A program made the position numbers and the translations under genes. A DNA stretch of 64,000 bases from contig NC_043004.1 of assembly GCF_006345805.1 (NCBI RefSeq), positions 22,816,001 through 22,880,000 on the forward strand, in the 5' to 3' direction. The notes beneath the pieces are model-generated. The model saw only the letters and a program-made list of their open reading frames with translations. It did not search any database and had not been told where the DNA came from. Below are positions 1-11,905 of the stretch, piece after piece; position 1 is the first letter of the stretch; the number at the start of each line of letters is the position of its first letter. The DNA is from Octopus sinensis. Its lineage: Eukaryota.

Positions 1-108
1 TTCTTTTATTTCACACTAAAAACCGAAACTACTTTCTTGCCTACCCAAGATATATATATTTACGCTCACATATACACACACACGCACACACACATACACA
101 TACACACA

Positions 109-194
<86 letters not shown>

Positions 195-201
<7 letters not shown>

Positions 202-422
202 CTTATATGTATATTCTCTTTTTATATATATTCTACTTATTATACAACATCACACTTTTATGTACACTTTTTTATGTACATTCATTTATGTACACTGATT
301 TGTTCTGCTTTTTTATCTTTAACCCTACAGTCTCTTATGTGGTGGTTTAATAAAGTATGTGATTAAGTATTATCTGGTGATTGATATTTGATTTAGTTGT
401 ATTTCTCCATTTTCTTATCTTA
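195..422. mobile_element. Solo copy of the ~220-bp arm of the inverted-repeat element at 37008-37671 (PLE pseudo-LTR-like)
   Basis: Aligns by eye to 37457-37671 and to the reverse complement of 37008-37236. Embedded between (TA)n tracts. Confidence 0.7.
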
Positions 423-431
423 TATATATAT

Positions 432-633
432 GTAATCTCACCAAAGCGACGGAAACAATAATAAATAAGCAACAACGCGCGGACGTGTCACATGCAAAAT
501 ATTAGCAGACGCTCAGGGAAGGAAAGTAAAATAGTTTTACGTTTCGAGCAAAGGTCTTCGTCAGAAACAGGAAACGGAGGAAAGTCCAACACAAAATGAA
601 GACGGGGGAAAATATCGCCAACAATCCACATGT

Positions 634-635
<2 letters not shown>
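432..635 (-). mobile_element. Penelope-like terminal fragment between (TA)n tracts, carrying a minimal hammerhead
   Basis: Contains the 534-568 hammerhead motif and is flanked by TA microsatellite. Confidence 0.55.
534..568 (-). ncRNA. Minimal type I hammerhead ribozyme motif (PLE-type)
   Basis: Minus strand reads GTTT-CTGACGA-agacctttgctc-GAAACGTA-AAAC: intact core, stem I GTTT/AAAC, palindromic ACGT stem III, imperfect stem II. Confidence 0.6.
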
Positions 636-699
<64 letters not shown>

Positions 700-1061
700 T
701 CCATCAAGTCACCACATGTTTAGTGAAATATTTTCATCAAATCTGGATGTTTTAAATTTTTGGATACAAATGTAGTAGCTGTTCCGCTTAACTTTTGGTA
801 ATATATAAGTAAACACTTGGTCAGAAAAGGGTTATTCTGAGGACGATTGAGAAAATAGGTTGTAAGTGAATTGTATGGTTTTTATAACACTCACTCTGTG
901 GCATTAATCTATTTATAAGTCATACAGAAGTCATCTGCTTTCAACGCTTGATGAATCGAGAACAAATGTGATATTTTCGTGCACAGTAGAAGTGTGTCTT
1001 TGTTTTGTGTATAATGAAGATGTTTCAGAAACTTCTCTCTCACGACCATTACCGTTAACTA

Positions 1062-1290
1062 GCTAGCAGAATCGTTAGCACTCCGGGCGAAATGCGTAGC
1101 CGTATTTCGTCTGTCGTTACGTTGTGAGTTCAAATTCCGCCGAGGTCGACTTTGCCTTTCATCCTTCCGGGGTCGATAAATTAAGTACCAGTTACACACT
1201 GGGGTCGATGCAATCGACTTAATACCTATGTCTGTCCTTGTTTGTCCCCTCTATGTTTAGCCCCTTGTGGGTAATAAAGAAATAGGTATT
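1062..1290 (+). mobile_element. tRNA-derived SINE, family A
   Basis: A-box-like tagcagaatcg, B-box gagttcaaattc and central gcctttcatccttccggggtcgataaattaagtaccag block. Many copies in the window. Confidence 0.85.
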
Positions 1291-2364
1291 TAAACGGGTT
1301 TCTATATAGTCTTTCGAGTTCGAAAAAAATACCAGCCAATCCACTTCAAACAAGCAACTGTTGACCAAATATGGAAGTAAAATTAGTTGTGGATATGCAA
1401 AAAACTGCTGTGAATGTTAGTTACAGATCTGGTGATCAATGATCCGGAAATAGAGAAATCTACTGCAACTACTATCAGGGAAACTGAAAAGACAAAATAA
1501 TCAGAGTGTAATTTATATGAGAAATATTGCGAAATATGTATGCAAAAACTGGAATCGAATCTTAGATCAAGTGTTTTGAGCAGTAAAAACATTTAATTGA
1601 CAAAACTGAACAAATGACTTAATTAATGCTTCCGAAGTCATTATGGAATAATCATTAATATTTAAAAATCAATCAAGAATCTACAGTCGTCAAATAAAGA
1701 AGTAATAAAGAAGGTATTCTTTTCATGCTTTGTCATGTCGGTACATTTCGCGAGATGGAATTGCGTGCTGAAATATCTTGGATGTGCTGAGGTAAAAATC
1801 ATAACAAACAGCCCAAAAAAAAAGACAAAAAACAACGTTAATATCAAACGAATAAAGGAAATTTTTTTGTTTAACGTTGTTAATGTAATGCGAGATGCAG
1901 ACGTGTAACTAAAACTATATGGCATCTTCCAGGAAAATAAATACTTGAGTTTCACGAACATTCTCTAGCTTTATGTTGGAGCAACATCAATAATAGCTCT
2001 GATCATGAACATTCGAATTTAAGCACAATGATTCTGGTATTTGTTGGGATTGCTTCGCATTGATGTGAGGCTTCTGTATATTCTATTTGTTCTTTTTTTT
2101 TCTGATTAACCTATTCTCTTTCAAATTGTATTCTTATTTTTCCCTTGTTGTATTCTAACTCTATTTTCTACGCCTAAGAGTAATAATTCTACTATCAAGG
2201 AAACAGTTATCATCATAGTCATAACATTTTCCTTTTTATTGTTATTGCCCTTGTAATAGTTTTAGCTGAGGCAAAATTTATAACATTCTACCACTATACA
2301 CTATATTACAACAGCAACTAATACTACTATTACCATAGCCCAACTTCATCGATCCTAGCAATCA

Positions 2365-2476
2365 GCTGATACTTATTTAGACCTCGGCGGAATTTTGAAC
2401 TCAGGACGTAAAAACGGATGAAATACTGCTACGCATTTTGCCCGGTATGCTAACGATGTTGCCACCTTGCCGCCTT
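2365..2476 (-). mobile_element. SINE family A, internally deleted
   Basis: Reverse complement of the family A head (aaggcggcaagg...gagttcaaaattccgccgaggtc). Confidence 0.7.
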
Positions 2477-3234
2477 AAATATAATATAAATATAACATAG
2501 AGTACTTTCAATACAATAGAAAAATACATAATGCTGAAAATAACCAGGCTTTGTGTAAGTGCGAACAGTTTTTAACCGAATTCATTCAAAAAAACATACT
2601 GATATAATAACAACTAACGTTATTCCTATAGTTTGTTGAAAATATCCGAATATATAATGTAAACTTTATCATGTAAACTAGCTTTAAAAAGACATGTGAA
2701 ATGATGGCGTGTTTGTAATATAATATACTGGGACACAGTACCAATCGTGTGTTTTATGTTTAGAAATCACGTCTGTTTAACCGTCAGTGATCTCAGTCTA
2801 AACAAGAAAAGGATATAATTTTATTCAGTAGTTGTAACATCACAATGTGGAGCAACGCGTAAAAATTACTTATTTTGTATATTTTATTTCATTTTATTTT
2901 GTTTTCGTATCCGGTTTGCAAGATACTTTATGTGAACTCGTGTGTCGAAGTAAATTGCGTCTGGAGACAGCCATATTGTCTAAATGCCTTATCATCTAAC
3001 ACACTCACCGGTTCGATTTCTACTCACTATTTATATATTTTCTTCGAAAATTTTCGTTGCTTTTGCAGCCTTGTCAATTGATGTTGATTCTCATTATTTC
3101 ATTTTGTTTCATTTTTCTTTGGCCTGGTTAAGAATATTCTGCATATGGCTTTTGCAGAAAATCCATAATTCTCTAAGCATAATGCATATTAACTTCTTAC
3201 ACGATTTTCCTTTTCATTTATTTTAGTAATTGTA

Positions 3235-3845
3235 CTCTAGCCATTCTTGGTTACCACCTGTAAAGAATTTTAGTCGAATGAATCAGCCCTAGTACTTATT
3301 CTTATTTTCATCTAGGGCTGGTACTTATTCTCGCGGGATCCGGCGTCGGAACAGTAAGTTACAGGGACTTAAATATTCCAATACCGGTTGTTAAGTAGTG
3401 GTCCGTCAAACACAGACACAAAGACATACACAAATGTATATATGTATGTATCTATGTGTAGATGTATGTGTGTGTGTGGTGTGTGTAGGTGCAGGCATGG
3501 CTGTGTAGTAAGGAGCCTGCTTCTCAACATGGTTCCGGGTTCCGTTCCACTGCGTGACACCACGGGCGAATGTTTTCTTCTATAGCCTCGGACCGACTTT
3601 GTGAGTGAAGTTGGTAGACAGAAACTGAAAGAAGCCTGTAGTATATGTATATATTTGTGTGTTCGTATCTATGTTTGTCCCTTCACCATGGCTTGACAAC
3701 CGATCTTGGTGTGTTTACGTCCCCGCTTCTTAATGGATTGGCTAAAGTGATAGATTAGTTTCTTTTGCCTAACCGCTAAGTTACAAAGATACCAACACAG
3801 CAACAAGCGGTTGTGGAGGGGACAAATGGAGGCACAAACACATGG
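3235..3845. mobile_element. Cluster of SINE family B pieces: + copy 3488-3770 flanked by minus-strand tail fragments
   Basis: Head ggtgcaggcatggctgtgtagtaagg...ggttccgttccactgcgtgacacc and body ttggtagacagaaactgaaagaagcc. Homologous to 9130-9500 and 10762-10930. Confidence 0.75.
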
Positions 3846-3875
3846 ACACACACACATATACATATACATATGCTA

Positions 3876-3933
<58 letters not shown>

Positions 3934-4143
3934 TGATGGAGGGTGGTTTTTTATGCTGCTTGTCTTGTTTGCCATTTGTTTCTTTCGTGGTTCGCAAAAA
4001 ATGTATTCCATGTTTTCGTATTTCGTATTTCATGGTGTTTACGTTCTGTAGTGTCCTGTGGCAATATATGCATCTGCATATACATATATATGTAAGTATG
4101 TACATATATGTATGTATATATACATATATATTTATATATTATT

Positions 4144-4266
<123 letters not shown>

Positions 4267-5001
4267 GAAAGAGGGAAAAGATGCAAATATCCATTACCTC
4301 TTGTATGCACGGATGCAAGTGCGTGTGTGTGTATGTGTGAGTGTGAGTGAGTATGTGTGTATATATATGTGAGTGTGAGTGAGTGTGTGTGTGTGTGAGT
4401 GTGTATGTGTCTGTTTCGTAATTATGCTTATGTATTTGTGTAAGCTTGCACATTACGATAAATCCCTCGACTATTTTCGAAATTACCTCGCAGTTATTCG
4501 CTGAGCTGAACTAATTGCTCGGTAAATTAAAAAGTATGTAGCTGACTGTTCCACAGACGACGCTATTCTCACGACGAATCAGTACGAGACGACATGTAGC
4601 AAGGCTATCACATTTGTAACACACACACACGCACACATAGACACGCATATGTACATGTGTGTGTATATATATATATATCATGGGTTTTACCCATGGCTGT
4701 ACGTATGTGTGGTGACGGCGGGTGGCGTAGTGGTTAGGGCCTCTGCCCTCACGGTCGCTAGATTGTGATTTCGCTTATAAGAACCGAGCAAGACATATTA
4801 TCTCCACTGCGTTCACTTCAACATTCGACTTGTGCAGGTAATGTTGATGTGATTGAGGGTAAATCTAATGTGCAGAGCAAACATTTGATTGCTACAACCA
4901 GATTATATGTGCAGTTTGATCACCAAGAAATTGCATAACCGCCTTTCTCCGACTCGAGACATAACTAACATGTGCGTTCTTCGAGATGATCCGAAAAAGA
5001 A

Positions 5002-5420
5002 TTACTTTACACATCTATTCGCATTTTCAATAAAGTCTATGCTGCCCTTTGAGCCCCTGTGATTTGGTAGTGGACAGCAGATAAGGTTGTCCTTCGTAGC
5101 ATAATCTGTATGCTTGTCGTTACAGGCGAATTGGCTGGTTTTCGTGACCTGTCTAACCCAAGTAACTCTTCCTTCGATAGTGGTTGAATTCTTTTCGCTG
5201 AGGTCACGAATCTTCTGGGTAAGGAGGATAGTGTTCAACCGAGGATTGACAATCTCAATTGGCACACGGTCGTGTTTCACTGGATGGACATGGATGAGAG
5301 AGTATCTCTTTGATTTCACTCATTAGGCACGATATTTGTCATCTCTAGATATGTTGTCTTTCAAACCGTTGTCCTCTCGACTCGACTGATCACTTTCCGT
5401 CTTGAATCAGCTGGGTCAAC
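5002..5420 (+). pseudogene. Highly decayed non-LTR reverse transcriptase remnant (RTE-like)
   Basis: Frameshifted ADKVVL.VA*S...LQ and GLTISIG resemble RTE RT motifs ADDCALVAHS and FGLTISIKKT. Confidence 0.3.
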
Positions 5421-5507
5421 ACCGGCAAATATGCACAGGTTACAAGATATGTATGTATTCTTAAACATTGTATACATGCTATCATTGACTGCTAACTGCA
5501 AATGTTT

Positions 5508-5850
5508 TCTCTCTCTATCTGTTCATTTCATCGTGTTCTTTTCTGTTGACGAGCGTAGGCTCGAAACGTAAAAGACTTTCTCACCTTCCCGAGTGTCAAA
5601 CTAGTACACCAGCTTGTTGTTTATACACCTGTCTTTGTATTTTGCTTTTTCTGTAAACTTCAACTTTATATGTATGCATATATATTTGGAATTTGCAACA
5701 AAAAACAAACAAAACAAAAGTCGAAGACGGGTGTGTAAACAACAAACCGATTTGTTAGTCTGACACCCGGGAAATCTTTTACGTTTCGAGCCAATGCTCT
5801 TCAAGAGAAAGGAACATAGAAATAAACAGAGAGAAAATAAGAAAAAAAAG
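5508..5850. mobile_element. Inverted pair of PLE pseudo-LTR-like fragments, each with a variant hammerhead
   Basis: 5508-5670 and 5690-5850 are diverged reverse complements. Motifs: CTGTTGA-c-gagc-gtag-gctc-GAAACGTA (5538-5574, +) and CTCTTGA-a-gagc-attg-gctc-GAAACGTA (5776-5811, -). Confidence 0.7.
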
Positions 5851-5908
5851 GTTTGGGGGCTAGCGATCAATCAATACATACATATGTATATATATATATA
5901 TATATATA

Positions 5909-6135
5909 GAGGCGCAATGGCCTAGTGGTTAGGGCAGCGGACTCGCGGTCGCAGGATCGCGGTTTCGATTCTCAGACTGGGCGTTGTGTGTGTTTATTGA
6001 GCGAAAACACCTAAAAAGCTCTACGAGGCTCCGGCAGGGGGTGGTGATTCCTGCTGTACTCTTTCACCACAATGGCGGTGCCCCAGCATGGCCACAGCTC
6101 AAGAGCTGAAACTGGAAAAACAAAAACAAAAACAA
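5909..6135 (+). mobile_element. tRNA-derived SINE (family C) ending in a CR1-group LINE tail
   Basis: A box tggcctagtgg and B box ggtttcgattc. The 3' end atggcggtgccccagcatggccacagctcaagagctgaaact is nearly identical to the LINE end at 11678-11720. Confidence 0.85.
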
Positions 6136-6136
6136 A

Positions 6137-6168
<32 letters not shown>

Positions 6169-7012
6169 GGCGTGTGAGTGTATTTGTGTGTCTGGATATT
6201 TGTGAGATTATATACAGGCGTCCATATAGATAGTCACCAAACAGGCTTATATTTAATGAATGTATTCGTCGTTATATATTATATATTGTTAATCTAATCG
6301 TGTACTATTCGTTCAGTGTTGTTCGTACAGTTCTATTTGGGTTTAGTTCCTCATTCATGTGATATAGACATGTGCATGCCAATTGACGGGTCTGTATAAC
6401 GTGCGAACGTGTCAAAGTATGCATAGAGCGAGAGAAAGAGATAGATATCTATTTTTACATATGTGCCTGTGTGTGCTTGTGTATCCTGAACTATAATTAT
6501 GGTTATGTTAAGTGTATTAAATAATGGAGAACCTCTCCCCACCCCTATCCATGAGCTTCAGTTACTTCAGTGTTGAGATTCCCTGAAGAACGAACGGCTT
6601 TTCGCCCGGAAATTGCTGTCAAATTTGATTCATGATACTATAGAATGTGCTCTGCTATAAAGTTATTGTATAGTAAACATATTTCAAAGCTGCTTTGCAA
6701 TGAATATATTTTTGTACCATGTACAATGAAGGATATTATTTACGTGTGTAGTTCATCAGTTCAAATAAGTCGGCTTACTGGTGGAAGAGACGAAGCCTAA
6801 TATTTCAGTGCCGTGAGAGGATTGATGAAATCAAATTTTTCTCTTTGTTTTAATTTTCATTTATTTATCTCTGTGACCAGGGATCACAAAATGAAATGTC
6901 ATATTTCTTTTCTCACCGTGACATACGATATAATCCAAACCTGATACTGGGTTTTTCTATTTATTATTATAATTATTATTATTATTATTACTATTATTAT
7001 TATTATTATTAC

Positions 7013-7059
<47 letters not shown>

Positions 7060-7079
7060 TTACCATCATCATGATTATT

Positions 7080-7293
7080 AACGCAGCGAGCTGGCGGAAT
7101 CCTTAGCACGCAGGCAGAAATGCTTAGCGGTATTTCGCCCGTCGCTACCTTCTGAGTTCAAATTCCGCCGGCGTCAACTTTGCCTTCCATCCTTTCGGGG
7201 TCGATAAATTAAGTACCAGTTGAGTACTGAGGTAGATCTAATCGGCTGGACCCTCACCCTAAATTTCAGACCTTGTGCCTATTGTAGAAAGGA
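7080..7293 (+). mobile_element. SINE family A inserted in (TTA)n
   Basis: Family A head and central block; tail gtagaaaggattattatt. Confidence 0.85.
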
Positions 7294-7342
7294 TTATTAT
7301 TATTATTCGGTAGTTTTATTTTTACTATTATTATTATTATTA

Positions 7343-7405
<63 letters not shown>

Positions 7406-7444
7406 CATTATTATTATTATTATTACTATTATTATTATTATTGT

Positions 7445-7637
7445 GTAAGATTATAGCTATATTTTCGGCTAGATATAGGTCGTATTATAAAATTTGCTAA
7501 AATAAAAGCGGTCTTAATTCAAAATTAAAGAAATAGCAGCAATAGGGCAAAGGATGAGAAATTTCATTATTTAGTTTAGCAATATTTGGCGCTGACGGAT
7601 TGTGTGTAATGCCAAATACGTCAGTTTGTTCTGGGTA
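7445..7637. mobile_element. Fragment of a non-autonomous DNA element, second copy at 27263-27565
   Basis: Aligns to 27390-27565 (ttataaaatttgctaaaat...tttagtttagcaata...ggcgctg...tcagtttgttct). Confidence 0.6.
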
Positions 7638-7638
7638 G

Positions 7639-7969
7639 ATGAAAGAGCTTGGTTGGGAAAAATTCCTTAACCACATTATTCTCCTGACCTTGTTCCTTCA
7701 GACCACCATTTGTTTCGTAGTTTACAGAATCATTTGTAGGACATAACTTTCGCAAGCCAGGAGGAGGTCGAAACTGATATTTCAGAGTTGTTCGCTTTGA
7801 AACCAAAATAATTTTACATTGATGGGATTAAAAAGCTTGTAAATAGATGGAAGGAAGTCATAGATAATCAGGGAAAGTACATTGATGATTAAATTTCAAT
7901 TAAATATAACATTTGATCACTTATTTTCTTTATTCAAAATTCGGACAGAACTTATGGGATGACCTGATA
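7639..7969 (+). mobile_element. Mariner transposase C-terminal pseudogene with right TIR
   Basis: Translates MKELGWEKIP*PHYSPDLVPSDHHLFRSLQNHL*...FYIDGIKKLVNRWKEVIDNQGKYIDD*, the canonical YSPDLAPSDYHLF motif. Ends cggacagaacttatgggatgacctgaTA. Confidence 0.92.
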
Positions 7970-8300
7970 GATATATTTATTAATATATACATATATGTGT
8001 TGTAGGACGTGAATGTTTGTATCCGTGTGTGTGAGAGGGAGAATAGAAGGAGAGTGCGAATAAGAGAGGGATTAGTACGTACGTACAGATATACGATACG
8101 TGCTAGTGTTCAGTGACAAGCAATATTGTATACTATGCAAATAATATTCTAATATCACACGCATGATGAGAAGTAATTTCTTTCGGCTTTGAACGTGTAT
8201 CTCTCTCTCGCTCTCTCTCTCTCCCTCACGCTCTCTCTCTCCCTCTCTCTGTCTCTCTTTCTCTCTCCTCTCTCTCTCTCTGTCTCTCTCTCTGTCTCTT

Positions 8301-8329
<29 letters not shown>

Positions 8330-8335
<6 letters not shown>

Positions 8336-8935
8336 TCACGTCATAAAGGTTGAAGAGTTTGTAATACTTATGGCTTCTGTGGAAGTGTTTCTTAATTAAC
8401 GACAGGAAGCCCCTAGTTACGTTAGTGGAAACTTCTGGTTTGGAAGGTGGGGTTATATCAAATAATTTTCCTTTTCCTAATCCTTTTGGAGGGAGGAGAG
8501 GGTGTTTAGGTGTTGTGGACATACGTGTGCTTCTCAGTAAACCCGCACCAAGGCATCGTTGTAGTATGGGGCGGCCCTGTTAAAATCTCTCTATTGGGCG
8601 AGAGATTAGATAGTCGTTTGCTAATATCTGAAGCCAGGCTTCTAAATACAGGGTGATTGTTTGAGCTCTTGTGGATGTATACTGTTTCATCGTCAGGGTT
8701 CCTGTACGGGTAATATTTGCCTGTATTCAGCTCTAGAAATCGACCATAATCAGGTCGATAGTAACCGTTAGGGACAGGCCGAACTCCTTAAATATTTTTA
8801 TTAAGTCTATCCTGTACCTGTTCATGGCATGACCGCTCATATGGCCTGAGATAACCAGGTCGTCGTCCTTATGAGGATAGATACATCTCTTGAGGGTATC
8901 CAAGATGTATAACCTGATGAGTCGCCGATTTCAGT
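8330..8935 (-). mobile_element. Penelope-like element reverse transcriptase/thumb fragment (pseudogene)
   Basis: Frameshifted LYILDTLK..HKDDDLVISG..DLIKIFKEFGLSLTV..VDF/LELNTGKYYPYRNPDDETVYIHKSSNNHP..ISKRLSNLS..AAPYYNDAL..VSTNVTRGFLSLIKKHFHRSHKYYKLFN, typical of PLE RT. Confidence 0.85.
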
Positions 8936-9129
8936 AACGTGTTTTTATTAAAACTGCAACATTATCACAAACAATGGTACTCAGAGTTTCACGTTCCTGT
9001 ACATAGAGACAGTTGTGATGAAAACAGTGCAACGAACGGGTATGTGAAGCTCTGTGAAAGTTTTTTGTGATGAATTTGTAGTTTTGATAAAAGTAAACAC
9101 ACACACACACACACACACATAAGCATATA

Positions 9130-9500
9130 TCTTTTAATTGTTTCAGTCATTTGACTGTGGCCATGCTGGGGCACCGCCTTTAGTCGAGCAAATCTACCCC
9201 AGGACTTATTCTTTGTCAGTCTAATACTTATTATATCAGTATTTTGCCGAACCGCTAAGTTACGGGGACGTATACATAACAGCATCGGTTATGGTGGGGG
9301 TTGGTAGGGCAAACACAGACACACAAACACTCACATATACATATACATATATACCACGGGATTCTTTCAGTTTCCGTCTACCAAATCCACTCACAAGGCT
9401 TTGGTCGGCCCGAGGCCATAGTAGCCCAAGGTGCCATGCAGTGGGACTGAACCCGGAACCACGTGGTTGCTAAGCAAGCCACTTACCATAGCCACTCCTT
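9130..9500 (-). mobile_element. SINE family B, near full length
   Basis: Head near 9500, internal (TG/TA) tract, tail aaggcggtgccccagcatggccacagtcaaatgactgaaac. Confidence 0.85.
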
Positions 9501-9847
9501 AGTATTTCATTCTCTGTCTAAAGGATATCTAATTGGAGATACTTTACTTGTGTCTCATAAAATGTGCAGATTTGCAACTCGTTAGCAAATGAAACACGTG
9601 AAATAGTGAATGCAAATATTACAATTTTTCTATATCTCTTCTTTTGTTACGTATTTTCGCAGTAAAATGTACAGGAAGAAATATATTCGTCCATTTATGA
9701 ACTCTTACGCATATCACACTCAAATATATCCCCAACATACAACTTTTGAGTTGCGGAATAAACAGATGTCTTTCGGGATAACACAGCTTGAATTGTATTC
9801 TAACCCTATCTATTTAATAAATATATAGGTATATATACCTACGTGTA

Positions 9848-9905
<58 letters not shown>

Positions 9906-9968
9906 TCCCGGGTTGAGTCGGGGTTAACCACAGTAAATAAGATACTCAATACATAGCAGAGTAACTTA

Positions 9969-10101
9969 ATTTATTTTATAGAAGGAGCTTCTACAGGACT
10001 AGAACTGTTTCATTCAAAAGAAATCATCAGGAAGCAGCTTCCTGATGATTTCTTTTGAATGAAACAGTTCTAGTCCTGTAGAAGCTCCTTCTATAAAATA
10101 A

Positions 10102-10103
<2 letters not shown>
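9969..10103. repeat. Perfect 67-bp inverted repeat with a 1-nt spacer (135-bp palindrome)
   Basis: 9969-10035 is the exact reverse complement of 10037-10103. Confidence 0.95.
10036..10086 (+). ncRNA. Type I hammerhead ribozyme motif (mirror copy on the minus strand at 9986-10036)
   Basis: AGCTTC-CTGATGA-tttcttttgaat-GAAA-CAG-ttctagtc-CT-GTA-GAAGCT. Stem I 6 bp, intact core, weak stem II, stem III ACAG/CTGT, GUA cleavage triplet at 10078-10080. Confidence 0.75.
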
Positions 10104-10137
<34 letters not shown>

Positions 10138-10146
10138 GTGGTGTGT

Positions 10147-10182
<36 letters not shown>

Positions 10183-10761
10183 TGTGTTTCAAGAATGCTT
10201 CTTAAATTTGCAATAGCTATTTGATGAAAAATGCAGTAATGCATGATACAGATTATTGGGAAAGTGGAGAGCCTTTAAGAGATAATGCTTAAGTTTTCCA
10301 TTTGTGTATTTTTACCTAAGGATTAACAAACTCTGAACGCAATGATTGAGAAACTGCATTTATGCATAAAATACGTTTCCTATTACATGTTAAGTGTCAA
10401 TTATTTCGATTATGATTTATTATCTACAATTTATTAGCATTCAGCTATGTCATACATATTTATACATTGATATTTGTGTGTGTAAATACATATATGTATA
10501 TATTTCTGTATGTATTATTCTATGTGTGTCCGTGTGAACGTATGAGCTATATATATTGTATATTGGAGAATAGATATAAATTACTAGATTTTCTATATTA
10601 ATATGCATGAATATATACACACACATGGATATATATACAAATATATATCATATATCAAACATGCATGCTTACATACATATATACATACACACATGTAGAC
10701 ATATGTAAATTTATGAATGTTTTATGTATAAAAGCATATATGTTTTATATGCATGTTTTAT

Positions 10762-10930
10762 AGGCGCAGGTGTGGTTGTTATGTATGATGCTTGCTTCCC
10801 AACCAAATGGTTCCGGGTTCAGTCCCACAGCGTGGCACTTGGGCAAGTATCGACTGCTATAATCTCGGACCGACGAAAACCTTGTGAATGGATTTGGTAG
10901 ACGAAAACTGAAAGAAGCCCATCGTATATA
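10762..10930 (+). mobile_element. SINE family B, 5' half
   Basis: ggcgcaggtgtggttg...ggttcagtcccacagcgtggcact...gatttggtagacgaaaactgaaagaagccc. Confidence 0.85.
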
Positions 10931-10975
10931 AATGTGTGTGGTGTGTGTGTGTGTGTGTGTGTGTGTATGCACGTA

Positions 10976-11735
10976 TGTAGGCGGCTGACCGGATGGATTC
11001 TTAGAATCTTCAGAACAAGAGACCAGGATTATGGTCGATTTCTAGAGCTGAATACAGGCAAATATTACCCGTACAGGAACCCTGACGATGAAACAGTATA
11101 CATGATGGTCCTTTGGAGGACACTTGTCCTAAGCCACTTTGACTAATGCTCTCAGCTATGGTCACCATCCAGTGTCAAGTTGATCACAGAACTTGAGGCG
11201 ATCCAACGAAGCTACACGAAGAAGATAGCATCTGTGCAGCATATAAGCTACTGGGAAAGACTCAAGGGATTAAAACTCTATTCCTTGGAGCGTAGGCGAG
11301 AAAGATATGCCATAATATACATCTGGAAGATCCTGGAAGGACTTGTCCCAAACTTGTTACACAAATGCCAGAACTGGGTGCCACTGCGTGGTGTCAAGGA
11401 CTCCAAATTTGCCATCAAGATTAGGACAAGATACTGTGATAGCCTGGGCTTCAGAGGCCCACAGCTCTTCAATATCCTCCCGAAGAACCTGAGGGACCTG
11501 CATGGAGTGGATACGGATGTCTTTAAAGTAGGACTGGATCTCTTCCTGTCAGGTGTGCCGGATGAACCAACTTCACGGCAGGCGGTGCAGATGAGGGCAG
11601 CTGCATCGAACTCTCTCATGCACCAAATGGCAGTTGCTAAAAAGAATTCGTGAAGTAAAATCATGTAGCAACACCAAATGGCGGTGCCCCAGCATGGCCA
11701 CAGCTCGTGAGCTGAAACTAGATAAAATTTTAAAA
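10976..11735 (+). mobile_element. 5'-truncated CR1/L2-group LINE (ORF2 C-terminus plus 3' UTR), interrupted by a 77-bp PLE-derived patch
   Basis: CRRLTGWILRIFRTRD..LEAIQRSYTKKI..SYWERLKGLKLYSLERRRERYAIIYIWKILEGLVPN..GPQLFNILP. Paralog at 60400-61108. Confidence 0.9.
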
Positions 11736-11905
11736 ATAAATAAATAACTACGGATGTGCCAGCACACACAAGCTGAGACATGACCGCCCTCACGCACTTC
11801 TCATGAGAAATTCCAGAAGTGGCTTCGTGAAACCACTGCAAAGACGCTCCCGGAAAAAAAAACGTTGGAAAACCGATTATAGCAGTGACTCGATCAATTC
11901 CTAGG

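Noticed and set aside
5909-5985. Functional tRNA genes (also 4720-4780, 24659-24729, 36667-36730)
   Set aside because: Acceptor stems do not pair and they run into SINE or PLE bodies, so they are tRNA-derived heads only.
8911-8935. CTGATGA as a hammerhead core
   Set aside because: No downstream GAAA or stems. It is the antisense of PLE RT coding sequence. The CTGATGA at about 40752 (minus) likewise lacks GAAA and stems.
11180-11653. 157-aa and 144-aa (60606-61040) ORFs as host genes
   Set aside because: They are C-terminal remnants of 5'-truncated CR1-group LINE ORF2 with upstream stops and frameshifts. The antisense ORFs 11278-11841 and 60740-61075 are shadows.
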